DNA from: Eubacteriales bacterium
GTDB lineage: Bacteria; Bacillota; Clostridia; Saccharofermentanales; UBA5734
NCBI GenBank assembly: GCA_028695145.1
Contig: JAQVJP010000002.1
Location: 1-63,893, forward strand
Direction of reading: 5' to 3'
Length of the DNA: 63,893 bases
Positions 10,160 through 19,830 of this stretch are shown here, piece by piece; within the stretch, counting starts at the first letter, position 1, and every line of letters begins with the position of its first letter. The notes beneath the pieces are model-generated. The model was not told the DNA's origin. It worked only from the letters and a program-made list of their open reading frames with translations, and ran no database searches. A program made the translations under genes and the position numbers.

Positions 10160-10768
10160 CTATACCCGGTCTGCAAGTACCATCTCATCACCTAAACGAA
10201 TATCGAGTCCCGGTCTGGATAGTACCAGTCTTCCACGTCTAATAATGCCAAAAATCAGTTTGCCAGTATCCGAACTAAGATTCGTAATATCCTCACCTAT
10301 CAAATCTTCTTCAATTGGCACAGTAGTAAATATAACCTTAGCCCCATACACTCTCTGAATTTCTTCTTTATGTTCATCAGAAATCTCTCTAAGAAAAGCC
10401 TGAACTGTGAGATCAGTGGAGCAGATCGTGTTTAAACCAAATTCATCAAAAACTTCACGGCTCGACGGATTGAAAACCCTCGTGATTATTTTTTTGACCG
10501 CGAAGACTTCGCGGGCGACCTGTGCTGCCATGATATTGATGTTATCGTTCTGCGTCACAGCACAAACTACATCAGCGGTTTCAATCCCCGCCTGTTTCAG
10601 AACATCCCTATCTATCGGCACACCTGTTATCTTGATGCAATCAATATCATCAGCCAGTTCCATCAGGCTGCTGTCATTTTCGATTATAACGACATCATGA
10701 CCCTGATCCACAAGAGCAGCAGCCAGAGAAGACCCAACCTTGCCACAGCCAATAACAATTATCTGCAT
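10160..10768 (-). CDS. TrkA/KtrA family RCK regulatory subunit
   Basis: IIVIGCGKVG Rossmann motif, D..NI..A motif; SD GGAGGTG. Confidence 0.9.
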   Translation of the reverse strand: MQIIVIGCGKVGSSLAAALVDQGHDVVIIENDSSLMELADDIDCIKITGVPIDRDVLKQAGIETADVVCAVTQNDNINIMAAQVAREVFAVKKIITRVFNPSSREVFDEFGLNTICSTDLTVQAFLREISDEHKEEIQRVYGAKVIFTTVPIEEDLIGEDITNLSSDTGKLIFGIIRRGRLVLSRPGLDIRLGDEMVLADRV

Positions 10769-10795
10769 GCGAGCTCACCTCCACTAATATCATCA

Positions 10796-10824
10796 AGCAT
10801 AGTCTTTTGCCGAGATTTTTTCAA
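10796..10824 (-). promoter_or_regulatory. Sigma-A promoter of the trk/ktr operon
   Basis: TTGAAA-N17-TATGCT. Confidence 0.55.
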
Positions 10825-10867
10825 GATATTAAGCTATTCATCTGATGTCAGGCATAACAACAAATTC

Positions 10868-11686
10868 TCAAATGATTTTCGCCGCCTCATAACATAGAAT
10901 CGAAGCCGCCACAGCCGCGTTAAGCGACTCGGCATTACCGGGCATAGGAATACTTACAAGATCATCAGCCAGATCCCTGGCGCTTGTGCTGAGTCCTCTA
11001 CCTTCATTGCCAATTACAATCGCAAGTGGCCTTGTTAATCTTGTCGGTTCACTCATTTTCATTTGAGAAACTGGAACTCCTTTAGGATCGGCCGCGATTA
11101 TCCTAACACCTGATTTGCGAAGCCAGGCCACAGCGTCATCAACTCGATTAAAATCATAAATCGGCAGATGGAAAATTGAACCCATGGCCGCTCTCAAAAC
11201 TTTGTCATAGTATGGCCAGACACAGCCCGATGTCATTATAATACCGGCACAAGCAAAAGCATCGGCGGTTCTGATAATTGTTCCCATATTCCCCGGATCC
11301 TGAAGTTCTTCAAGGATAAGATACAATCCATTCTGGTCAGCAGCTTCCACAGGATTACTAATAGCAGGCGCACCGCAGACAATCGCAACACCTTGGGGAT
11401 TTTCCGTACCGCTGATATGCGTAAAAATTGATCGAGGAAGCTCGATACAATCTGATTTTTGAAACAGCTGGTCTTCCCAGCGGCCGAATCTCTGCCAATT
11501 ATCATTCTGCCGCGCCTCTGCTGTAAAAATGAAATATCTGACCGTAAGATCGGATAGCAGAGCTTCTTCGACCTGACGGAAGCCTTCAATCAATATCAAG
11601 CCTTCCTTCCGGCTGAATGAAGATTTATTCAGCTGGCGGAAATATTTTATTAGTTGATTATCTCTTGATGATATCTGCCTGAGCAT
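10868..11686 (-). CDS. TrmH/SpoU family RNA methyltransferase
   Basis: QDPGNMGTIIRTA, GNEGRG and IPMPGNAESLNAAVA SPOUT motifs. Confidence 0.93.
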   Translation of the reverse strand: MLRQISSRDNQLIKYFRQLNKSSFSRKEGLILIEGFRQVEEALLSDLTVRYFIFTAEARQNDNWQRFGRWEDQLFQKSDCIELPRSIFTHISGTENPQGVAIVCGAPAISNPVEAADQNGLYLILEELQDPGNMGTIIRTADAFACAGIIMTSGCVWPYYDKVLRAAMGSIFHLPIYDFNRVDDAVAWLRKSGVRIIAADPKGVPVSQMKMSEPTRLTRPLAIVIGNEGRGLSTSARDLADDLVSIPMPGNAESLNAAVAASILCYEAAKII

Positions 11687-11800
11687 CTTACAGCGCTCCT
11701 ATCCCATAACGTATCTGAGGACGGGTCTTATACAGCCCGTCCTCACATAAAAATCATATTATACAAAAATATTCGCAAACAAAACTTCTTTTGTTTTTGT

Positions 11801-12160
11801 TTAAGCGCTGAGAGCGGCCTTAGCCTGCTCACACAGAGCTGTGAAGCCGGCAGGATCCTGTACGGCGATATCTGCCAGAACCTTACGATCCAGATTGATC
11901 TGAGCACGATTAAGACCGTTCATGAAACGGCTGTAGCTGAGACCATTAAGACGAGCAGCTGCGTTAATTCTGGTAATCCAGAGTTTACGGAACTCACGCT
12001 TCTTATTTTTTCTGTCACGATAAGCATAGCTCAGAGATTTCATAACCTGCTGATTTGCTACCTTGAACAGCTTGCTCTTATGACCAAAATAACCCTTGGC
12101 CTGCTTTAGTACTTTTCTATGACGGGCTCTTGCCCTGACTGATCTTTTAACTCTTGACAT
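11801..12160 (-). CDS. rplT: 50S ribosomal protein L20
   Basis: MSRVKR...[23 protein letters not shown]. Confidence 0.99.
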   Translation of the reverse strand: MSRVKRSVRARARHRKVLKQAKGYFGHKSKLFKVANQQVMKSLSYAYRDRKNKKREFRKLWITRINAAARLNGLSYSRFMNGLNRAQINLDRKVLADIAVQDPAGFTALCEQAKAALSA

Positions 12161-12203
12161 TTCGGTTTCCTCCCAATGAAATCATAATCAATTAATAAGC
12201 AGC

Positions 12204-12401
12204 TTATTTGTAAGGAATCAGCTGCTTGATGTTGTGCTGATTACAATCCGCGACCACAACGGTCTTCCTCAGATTTCTCTTACGCTTGGTCGACTTTTTG
12301 GTCAGAATGTGCTTCTTAAAAGCTTGAGCCCGCATAACCTTGCCGGTACCGGTCACCTTGTATCTCTTCTTGGATGAGCTATGTGTTTTCTGTTTAGGCA
12401 T
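12204..12401 (-). CDS. rpmI: 50S ribosomal protein L35
   Basis: MPKQKTHSSSKKR...; position between infC and rplT. Confidence 0.98.
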   Translation of the reverse strand: MPKQKTHSSSKKRYKVTGTGKVMRAQAFKKHILTKKSTKRKRNLRKTVVVADCNQHNIKQLIPYK

Positions 12402-12440
12402 TTGCCAGTCCTCCTTGATCTATTTATATATGAAGCTCGT

Positions 12441-12962
12441 TTATTTCTTAATCGGAGCCAGATACATTACCATATTTCTGCCTTCCATCTTGGGCGGGCG
12501 GTCAACCTGACCATGATCCTTGCAATGTTCGACAAAATTTCTCATGACTTCATATCCACGACTGGTGTAGGCCATTTCTCTGCCTCTGAATTTTACTACC
12601 ACCTTCACCCTGTCGCCGTCATCAAGAAAACGGCAGGCATTACGAGTCTTATATGATAAATCATGTTCCTCAGTAGTAAGCTTAAGTCCTACTTCCTTAA
12701 CCTCTGTTACTTTCTGATTCTTCCTGGCTTCGCGTTCTCTCTTAGCCTGCTCGAACATGTATTTGCCATAGTCCATAATCTTGCAGACCGGATTGTCCGG
12801 GCTTGGAGAAATCAGAACAAGATCAAGCATGCGTTCCTCTGCCATCTGTCGGGCCTTCTCAATCGGTACTACACCGACCATCTCACCGTCACTGTCTATA
12901 AGACGCACCTTCGGGAATCTGATCTGATCATTGACTGTCATTCCTTTGTTTTGCCTGCCTAT
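12441..12962 (-). CDS. infC: Translation initiation factor IF-3 (non-canonical start, probably ATA at 12962)
   Basis: VCKIMDYGKY, KEV, FRGRE motifs; SD GGAGGTG lies 7 nt before an in-frame ATA; the track's upstream extension runs through the leader terminator. Confidence 0.96.
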   Translation of the reverse strand: MGRQNKGMTVNDQIRFPKVRLIDSDGEMVGVVPIEKARQMAEERMLDLVLISPSPDNPVCKIMDYGKYMFEQAKREREARKNQKVTEVKEVGLKLTTEEHDLSYKTRNACRFLDDGDRVKVVVKFRGREMAYTSRGYEVMRNFVEHCKDHGQVDRPPKMEGRNMVMYLAPIKK

Positions 12963-12985
12963 ATTAATGCACCTCCAATAAAATA

Positions 12986-13118
12986 ATAAAAAAAACGGAT
13001 GTTCACGCCCGCAAACTCCGCATCTCACAAACACACATATCCTCAATAGTTATTAAGAATTTGTCTGATTGACCTCTTCACTCCAAGCTTGAGGTGAGAA
13101 GCTCGACGCTTCCGCTTG
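12986..13118 (-). ncRNA. L20 leader (ribosomal protein autoregulatory attenuator)
   Basis: GCAAGCGGAAGCGTCGAGCTTCTCACCT 5' motif and terminal GCGGGCGTGAACATCCG-T9 hairpin upstream of infC-rpmI-rplT; boundaries approximate. Confidence 0.8.
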
Positions 13119-13129
13119 CTGACAGAAGT

Positions 13130-13158
13130 ATTCTACAGACTACCGGGCAACTTGTCAA
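13130..13158 (-). promoter_or_regulatory. Sigma-A promoter of the infC operon
   Basis: TTGACA-N17-TAGAAT. Confidence 0.85.
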
Positions 13159-13256
13159 GGATATTATTATGTATTATTCCCTTATGTTCTGCTATCATAT
13201 ACTAAGTTATAAAAATCATAGTATATAAATCAAGTCATAATTCTCGGAGGTAAATC

Positions 13257-14432
13257 ATGATTTCAAAGAAAATCAGTCAGAAAATGGCCAGTGGATCATG
13301 GATCAGAAAAATGTTTGAAGAAGGATCCAGGCTCAAAAATATTCACGGCGCGGAAAACGTCTATGATTTCAGTCTGGGCAATCCTGATCTTGAGCCACCG
13401 CTTCAGGTTCAGCAGACCATCGCCAGATTGGCCGCATCTGAAGAATCCGGCACACACGGCTATATGAACAATGCCGGCTATCCGTATGTCAGACAAGCTA
13501 TAGCTGACAGTCTAAATAAGCGCAGCGGTCTTGATCTCGATGAGAATAATATCTGTATGACTGTTGGCGCTGCCGGCGGGCTGAATGTAGCGCTGAAATC
13601 AATTCTTGATCAGGATGATGAGGTTATAATTCTGGCACCATTTTTTGTTGAATATTTATCATATATTGAAAACCATGGCGGCAAACCGGTTATCGTGAAC
13701 TGTAACGCGACAACACTGCTGCCGGAACCTGATGTGATTATGGCAGCTGTCACAGATAAAACTAAGGCGATAATTATAAACTCACCTAACAATCCATCAG
13801 GACGTATTTATCCTGCAGAGCTCCTCGAGGAAATTGATCGAAGACTTCTAAGCCTTGATCACACAGTATATGTAATTTCCGACGAGCCCTATATTGACCT
13901 TGTATACGACGGCGCGACAGCACCATCTACACTCAAGCACATGACCAATCTGCTGGTCTGTTTCAGTTGGAGTAAATCACTCTCGCTTCCAGGTGAGCGT
14001 ATAGGTTTTCTGGCTGTAAGTTCTCGTTGCCAAGACCGCGCAAATTTATGCCAGGCAGCCGCTTACTGTAATCGAACACTCGGATTTGTAAACGCGCCTG
14101 CCCTCTTCCAGAGAGTCATAGCGGAATCACTTGATGCCAAGGTTGATATCAGCCGTTATGAGAAGAGACGCGATATGTTGGTTGAAGTCATAAAAAAAGC
14201 TGGTTTTGAAGTAAATTCGCCTGAAGGCGGCCTCTATCTGTTTATGAAAACGCCAACCGAAGACGATAAGAGCTTCGCCGACTTATGTGCCGGCAGAAGA
14301 ATTCTCGTTGTTCCGGGCCGTGGTTTTGGTTTTGAGGGGTATGTCAGATTGTGCTTCGCCGTACCAGAAGCAGTCATAACCGCCTCGGCGGAGGCTTTTG
14401 CCGGTGTTGCGTCGGAGTACGGCCTGAACTGA
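13257..14432 (+). CDS. PLP-dependent class I/II aminotransferase (aspartate aminotransferase-like)
   Basis: NSPNNPSG, SDEPY, SWSKSLSLPGERIG (PLP lysine); SD GGAGG. Confidence 0.92.
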   Translation: MISKKISQKMASGSWIRKMFEEGSRLKNIHGAENVYDFSLGNPDLEPPLQVQQTIARLAASEESGTHGYMNNAGYPYVRQAIADSLNKRSGLDLDENNICMTVGAAGGLNVALKSILDQDDEVIILAPFFVEYLSYIENHGGKPVIVNCNATTLLPEPDVIMAAVTDKTKAIIINSPNNPSGRIYPAELLEEIDRRLLSLDHTVYVISDEPYIDLVYDGATAPSTLKHMTNLLVCFSWSKSLSLPGERIGFLAVSSRCQDRANLCQAAAYCNRTLGFVNAPALFQRVIAESLDAKVDISRYEKRRDMLVEVIKKAGFEVNSPEGGLYLFMKTPTEDDKSFADLCAGRRILVVPGRGFGFEGYVRLCFAVPEAVITASAEAFAGVASEYGLN

Positions 14433-14446
14433 TCAGAATACGATAA

Positions 14447-15205
14447 TTACACAGCAGGTGTAACAATAAGCAGCAGCGTCCCGCCGGTTATAGTGACACT
14501 GAACTCAGGTTCACTGTAATCGGCCAGACAGTTGCTGATGCCGCGTTGGCTGCCATAAGCAAGATTAAATTTATCAAGTGGGTATTTGAGACCGCTGTAG
14601 GTTAAACCACTAACCTGATCACTTAGAGCGACTGCTGAAACAGCACTATCATATTCCAGCAGCGATATATCATAAGTTTTTTCTGTTGGGCCATCAAGAA
14701 AATAAAACCAGCTGCGGCCGTCAGTCATCATGACATCATACTGTTGTCTGGCCAGTCCGGCGGCCATCATCTGATTACCAAGAACATGATCGGGCCTATC
14801 GCCAGTCACGGCCAACAAACAGATTGAAATATCACCGTTAACCGGACGCGGCAACTCTTGTTCATTAAGGAACTCTGTAAACAGGTCAAGAGCGTTTTCC
14901 ACAGCCAGTTCAGCATCAGTGAAATCTTTTTCCTGTGGGAATTTGTTAACCGGAACCTGCGCGTATTCAAGCCACGACCTGTCAGCCTCGGCAATAGAAT
15001 CAAGATCACCAACAAGCAAATCCGGCAAAATACCGTAAGGTCTTAGATGACGAGCTCCGCTATCAGCACAGACTATTATGTCACACCCCGATATGACACG
15101 TAGGAAACCAGTTTCGTCAAGAATACTACCGCCCATAATGATGCCAAGACGATATTTCTTCTGTTTTACTACGGATTCATTATCTAAACTATTCATGCTG
15201 TTCAT
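14447..15205 (-). CDS. thiN: Thiamine diphosphokinase
   Basis: CADSGA, GDLDSI, EKDFTDAE, GDRPDH, GLKYPL, GISN; follows rpe; start moved to an ATG just after the rpe stop. Confidence 0.92.
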   Translation of the reverse strand: MNSMNSLDNESVVKQKKYRLGIIMGGSILDETGFLRVISGCDIIVCADSGARHLRPYGILPDLLVGDLDSIAEADRSWLEYAQVPVNKFPQEKDFTDAELAVENALDLFTEFLNEQELPRPVNGDISICLLAVTGDRPDHVLGNQMMAAGLARQQYDVMMTDGRSWFYFLDGPTEKTYDISLLEYDSAVSAVALSDQVSGLTYSGLKYPLDKFNLAYGSQRGISNCLADYSEPEFSVTITGGTLLLIVTPAV

Positions 15206-15206
15206 C

Positions 15207-15893
15207 TCATTCTTCACAAGCAGCGCGCAGAGTCTTGAGCGCCGCGACAGGATCCGGTTTTGCGTACACAGAGCTGCCAACCACTATCATGTCAGCGCCG
15301 GCGGCATACAGTTCAGCAATATTATCTTCGTTGACACCACCGTCAATCTGGAGATGCACCGGATGGTCAAGCTGATCAAGCATAACTCGCAATCTGCGAA
15401 TTTTATCTGTCATTGAAGGAATATAAGACTGGCCGCCGAAGCCGGGATTTACAGTCATCAACAAAACCATATCAACATACGGCAGGCACTCCTCAATAAC
15501 ACTTAATGAAGTACCTGGATTGATCGCTATGCCCGGTGTGCAGCCGAGGTCTTCAATCTGTTGAAGCGCCCGCAGAGTATGCGCACATGCTTCAGCATGT
15601 ATTACAAGAGTATCAGCTCCTGCACCGGCAAAAGCTTCCAGCCATTGCATTGGTTCTGCAACCATCAGATGGACATCAAGAGGCAGTTTTTTACTCCAGG
15701 GTTTGATCGCACCGACGATCGGTGGTCCAAGAGTTAGATTGGGAACATAATGTCCATCCATGACATCCACATGAATAACATCAGCATGTTCCTGAACCAA
15801 TGCGACTGCCTCACCAAGTTTGGCGAAATCAGCTGAGAGAATTGATGGACAGAGCATTAGTTTACCTTGAGTTTCCTGATAGTTTGCTAACAT
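15207..15893 (-). CDS. rpe: Ribulose-phosphate 3-epimerase
   Basis: PSILSADF, HVDVMDGHYVPN, DVHLM, MTVNPGFGGQ, DGG; SD GGAGG before the ATG at 15893. Confidence 0.97.
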   Translation of the reverse strand: MLANYQETQGKLMLCPSILSADFAKLGEAVALVQEHADVIHVDVMDGHYVPNLTLGPPIVGAIKPWSKKLPLDVHLMVAEPMQWLEAFAGAGADTLVIHAEACAHTLRALQQIEDLGCTPGIAINPGTSLSVIEECLPYVDMVLLMTVNPGFGGQSYIPSMTDKIRRLRVMLDQLDHPVHLQIDGGVNEDNIAELYAAGADMIVVGSSVYAKPDPVAALKTLRAACEE

Positions 15894-15915
15894 AATCAAA
15901 TTACCTCCGGGACTT

Positions 15916-16860
15916 TTACCTGCGTTTCTTCTTATTATAACGTCTGGTACGATTATTTGTCTGTTGAGCGGTGCTCTCGTACGGTTTAATCTGATCCAGC
16001 TGGCGACGGAACATCCTGTATCTTTCGAGTCTGTCCGGATGAATAAGCTGTTCGGTAACCGCACAGCCCAGATCGCCAAGATGTCTGCAGCCGCTGAAGC
16101 GGCATTGATCAGAAACAGCTGCGATTTCAGGATATCCCTGCTCGATAGTTTCAGAGGTTATACCAAGATCAATAAGCTCAAGTGTGCTAAATCCAGGTGT
16201 ATCCGCAAGATAGCCACCGGCATAGGAGAATAACTCAACATGGCGCGTGGTGTGACGCCCTCGTCCTATCTTATCACTGATACCACCTGTTTCCATCATC
16301 TCATCGCCAAATAGCTGATTGAGCAGCGTAGATTTGCCGACACCGGACTGACCGGCAAAAGAAACAACTTGTTCGGGCAGCAGACCACGTATTTCAATAT
16401 GAGATTTTTTATCATCAATACTGGTAAAAATAATTTTCAAATTTGTCCGGTCATAAACCTCGCAGAAGATCTGCGGCTCAGCCGTCGCCTGATCATTTTT
16501 CGTAATTATCAGAATAGGTTCAATATTATTTACCAGACAAACCGTGATCAGCTTATCTATCAGAAAAAAATCAGGAGCAGGCTCCGTTGCCGCGGCTGTA
16601 ATCAATAATCTGTCCAGATTAGCCAACGCCGGTCGAATTATATAATTACGTCTGGGCAGGATTTCAGAAATAACCCAGGGAACATCAGGATCACCGCTGC
16701 TCTCGTAAACAACAAGATCACCCGGTGTTGGCGTAATGCCGTCAAGGCGGAAAATACCACGCGCGGCTGCTATGCCGCGGAAGCCATTAGTGGCATCAAG
16801 CTGATACTGGCCGCCGACAGCCTTGACTATTCTGGCGATCATTTTGTTATCCTCAGCCAT
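15916..16860 (-). CDS. rsgA: Ribosome small subunit-dependent GTPase A
   Basis: Circularly permuted GTPase (TKND, GQSGVGKS, GRHTT, DTPG) plus CRFSGCRH...C Zn finger. Confidence 0.96.
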   Translation of the reverse strand: MAEDNKMIARIVKAVGGQYQLDATNGFRGIAAARGIFRLDGITPTPGDLVVYESSGDPDVPWVISEILPRRNYIIRPALANLDRLLITAAATEPAPDFFLIDKLITVCLVNNIEPILIITKNDQATAEPQIFCEVYDRTNLKIIFTSIDDKKSHIEIRGLLPEQVVSFAGQSGVGKSTLLNQLFGDEMMETGGISDKIGRGRHTTRHVELFSYAGGYLADTPGFSTLELIDLGITSETIEQGYPEIAAVSDQCRFSGCRHLGDLGCAVTEQLIHPDRLERYRMFRRQLDQIKPYESTAQQTNNRTRRYNKKKRR

Positions 16861-16865
16861 GGTGC

Positions 16866-19046
16866 TCAGGGCGTTTCACCATCATTCGAGTCAGAACCAG
16901 GATCAGGTGTCGGTGTTGCAGGCGGTGTTGGTTCTTCTGTAGTAGTTGTAGATGTAGTCGTCTCTTCCTCCGTTGTAGTCGTCGGCGGTTTCGTGGTTGT
17001 AGTTGTCGGAGGTTTGGTCGTGGTTGTAGGCACCGGTGTCGGATTCAAGAACTGCTCGTAGTCCTTCTCTGTACCATAGTACAAGGTAATCGAAGTATCA
17101 ACAGCTATTTCCTGTCCGGCCTGTGGATCCTGACGGATAACAACACGCTTATCTTCAGGTATATTCCCTTGATTGCTGATATTTATGGTTGTACTGACAG
17201 TAAAATTAAATTCTGTCATTTTCTCGAGGGCTTCATTTAACTTCATACCGGCTACATCCGGCAGTACACCTGAAGGAACCGGTGTTGGTGTTGGATTCAG
17301 GAACTGCTGATAATCAAGCTGTGTACCGTAGACTATGCTGACAACACGGCGAACCATTACTTCTTCTCCGGCTTCCGGCAGCTGCTTGATAACTACTCTC
17401 TGATCTTCGGGAATCTCGATTGGCTCACCGGTTTCAGGATCAACCGCGATATTAGTTACAGGTCCAAGAACAAGATTCATGGACTGCAGCATCTCCCCTG
17501 CCTGAGACAGCGGCATACCGGCAAGATCCGGTACCAGTAGCTTGGGAGAACCATCACTGACAATCAAAGTTATTTCATCACCCGGAGCCACACTCTGGCC
17601 GGCAGCCGGAATAGTTGTCAATACAGTATCCTTCTCATATTCCGAATACTCATATACTACTTTTAGAGTGAGACCATAGGTCTGCTTCAGTTCAGTTTCC
17701 GCTTTTAATCTGCTCTGGCCGCTGTAATCCGGCAGAGTGATCATATTCTGACCACCACTGACAGTTAGCACCAGTGTTGTCCCGTTAGTTTTAATTCTTG
17801 TGCCTGCTATGGGATTCTGGTCAAGAATAATACCTTCAGCAACATCGTCTTCACGGTATCTAAGTGTAAAGTTGATATTTTGCTCTTCAAGCTCATCACT
17901 GACATCAGCCAGGTCCCGACCAATATAATTATCAAGTTCAATCTCGGAATCTGTCTGTTGTGTAAGATTATCCTGTATCTTACTCCAGCCCCAGACGAAG
18001 AGCGTTGTAAGGAAAACAAGCGCCAGAATAATTATGGAAATAACTATCGCTGTATCACGATATCGTGAACGTCTGCGTTCCTGAATTGATTTTTCAATTT
18101 CACGTATTTTCCCGAAATTGGATTCCGCTCTTTGCAGCCCGATAGCTGTGGTACTGCCTTCCCAATCAGTGTTGCCGGAAATAACGCCATAAATACCATT
18201 GGGCTCAATCATAAAAGCATCAAGCTCGTCTACAAGCTCTCTTGCGTCCTGATATCTGCTCTCAGGACTCTTCTGAATGCATTTAAGTACAATCTGGTCA
18301 AGAGCAGGCGGCAGTTCAGCCTGATAAGATGAAGGTGGCGGCGGCAACTCCTGTAAATGCTTAATCGCAACAGCTACAGATGTTTCACCGTCAAAAGGCA
18401 GCTTGCCGGTAAGCATCTCAAACAGCAGGATTCCAAGAGAATATATGTCAGATTTTTCACTAACTATACCGCCACGCGCCTGTTCCGGCGAAAAATAATG
18501 TACTGATCCGAAGGCTACACCACTGGTAAGAGTAATCGTATTGGCGTTAGTTGCTCTGGCAATGCCAAAATCAGTTACTTTAGCGATCAAATCTGAAGTA
18601 ATCAAGATATTCTGAGGTTTGATATCACGGTGAACGACACCTCTCTTGTGGGCATGTTCAAGAGCCAGACCGATTTGAATAGCAAGCGGCACAGCCAACT
18701 GCCAATCGAGAGATCCACGTTGCTGAATAAGCTCTTTTAGCGTGTTTCCCTGTACGTATTCCTGAACAATATAACGTAAATCCTGATCCTGGCCGTAGCC
18801 CAGAATCTTAACGATATTTGGGTGGTCGAGGCTTGAAGCAGACCTGGCCTCAGTATCGAATCTTTTTATAAATTCAGGATCATCTGTCAGATCATCCTTC
18901 ATAACCTTAACTGCAACCTGGCCGCCGGTCTCACGATCTTCTGCAAGATAAACATGAGCCATACCGCCATGACCAAGTGGTTTCAATATGACATAACGTC
19001 CGTCTATCAGCACACCGGCCGGCAGCTGTGGTTTTTTTGTATCCAT
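16866..19046 (-). CDS. pknB: PASTA-domain Ser/Thr protein kinase (PrkC/PknB/Stk1)
   Basis: GHGGMA, HRDIKPQN, DFG, SPEQ; one TM; about four PASTA repeats; Pro/Thr tail. Confidence 0.96.
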   Translation of the reverse strand: MDTKKPQLPAGVLIDGRYVILKPLGHGGMAHVYLAEDRETGGQVAVKVMKDDLTDDPEFIKRFDTEARSASSLDHPNIVKILGYGQDQDLRYIVQEYVQGNTLKELIQQRGSLDWQLAVPLAIQIGLALEHAHKRGVVHRDIKPQNILITSDLIAKVTDFGIARATNANTITLTSGVAFGSVHYFSPEQARGGIVSEKSDIYSLGILLFEMLTGKLPFDGETSVAVAIKHLQELPPPPSSYQAELPPALDQIVLKCIQKSPESRYQDARELVDELDAFMIEPNGIYGVISGNTDWEGSTTAIGLQRAESNFGKIREIEKSIQERRRSRYRDTAIVISIIILALVFLTTLFVWGWSKIQDNLTQQTDSEIELDNYIGRDLADVSDELEEQNINFTLRYREDDVAEGIILDQNPIAGTRIKTNGTTLVLTVSGGQNMITLPDYSGQSRLKAETELKQTYGLTLKVVYEYSEYEKDTVLTTIPAAGQSVAPGDEITLIVSDGSPKLLVPDLAGMPLSQAGEMLQSMNLVLGPVTNIAVDPETGEPIEIPEDQRVVIKQLPEAGEEVMVRRVVSIVYGTQLDYQQFLNPTPTPVPSGVLPDVAGMKLNEALEKMTEFNFTVSTTINISNQGNIPEDKRVVIRQDPQAGQEIAVDTSITLYYGTEKDYEQFLNPTPVPTTTTKPPTTTTTKPPTTTTEEETTTSTTTTEEPTPPATPTPDPGSDSNDGETP

Positions 19047-19080
19047 TTCAGATCCTCCAAAATAACAGGACTTAATCTGA

Positions 19081-19830
19081 TCAGGCAGAAATCACGAGAA
19101 CAGTTATATTGTCCTCGCCACCCTGATCGAGCGCCAGCTGAATGAGCTGTGAAACAGCATCTGCCGGCTCCTTGTATTTTTTCATAACAGATTTGATCTC
19201 TTCATTAGAAACCTGACCGTAAAGACCGTCACTACACAGAAGCAGACGGTCATGCTTCTGTCTTGGTATGCGAACTATCTCAGGCTGCAGGAACTCCGGA
19301 ATTCCCAGAGCCTGCGTCAGGACATTGCGTTTTGGATGTCCAACGACCTCCTCCTGTGTCAGGCTGCCGGCATCCAGCATTTCCTGCACCAGAGTCTGAT
19401 CTACAGTCTGTTGTCGCAGCTCATGATCGCGATATAAATAAGCACGGCAATCACCTACGTGTGCCAGCCAGATATCAGTATCTGTAAGCACAAGTATAGT
19501 TAGGGTTGTACCCATACCGAGAGTGTCTTCTTGTTCAAGCGAACCAAGATAAACCTTAACATTTGCCTTCTGTACAATTTCTGTCAGTAGAGACTCCATA
19601 TCTTCCGGCAGCTGCCCATCATTGGCAAGTGCAGTTTGGAGCCTCTCCCGTGTATAGTCGATGGCCAGCTTGCTGGCAAGTTCTCCATGGCTGTGTCCAC
19701 CCATTCCATCAGCCAGAGCGCAATAGAAAAAACCATCACCGGCATAATCCGCCAGGAAGAAAGAATCTTCATTATTCGTTCTGACATTTCCGACATGAGT
19801 TGAGCCGGAGTACTTCACTGTTTCCCGCAT
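19081..19830 (-). CDS. PP2C-type Ser/Thr phosphatase (Stp1/PrpC)
   Basis: RTNNED, ADGMGGH, HVGDCR, CSDGL, DNIT; adjacent to the kinase. Confidence 0.95.
   Translation of the reverse strand: MRETVKYSGSTHVGNVRTNNEDSFFLADYAGDGFFYCALADGMGGHSHGELASKLAIDYTRERLQTALANDGQLPEDMESLLTEIVQKANVKVYLGSLEQEDTLGMGTTLTILVLTDTDIWLAHVGDCRAYLYRDHELRQQTVDQTLVQEMLDAGSLTQEEVVGHPKRNVLTQALGIPEFLQPEIVRIPRQKHDRLLLCSDGLYGQVSNEEIKSVMKKYKEPADAVSQLIQLALDQGGEDNITVLVISA

Noticed and set aside
10769..10867. c-di-AMP (ydaO) riboswitch before the K+ transporter
   Set aside because: No recognisable motif, and the predicted promoter leaves only ~20 nt of leader
11716..11745. Hairpin TGAGGACGGG...CCCGTCCTCA after rplT as a terminator or novel RNA
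   Set aside because: No U tract on the coding strand and no other support; probably a simple 3' stabilising stem
12963..13046. N-terminal extension of the infC ORF (similar extensions on rpe, thiN, rpsB, the 5S-like subunit, scpB and ileS)
   Set aside because: Longest-ORF artefacts; better SD-supported starts lie downstream
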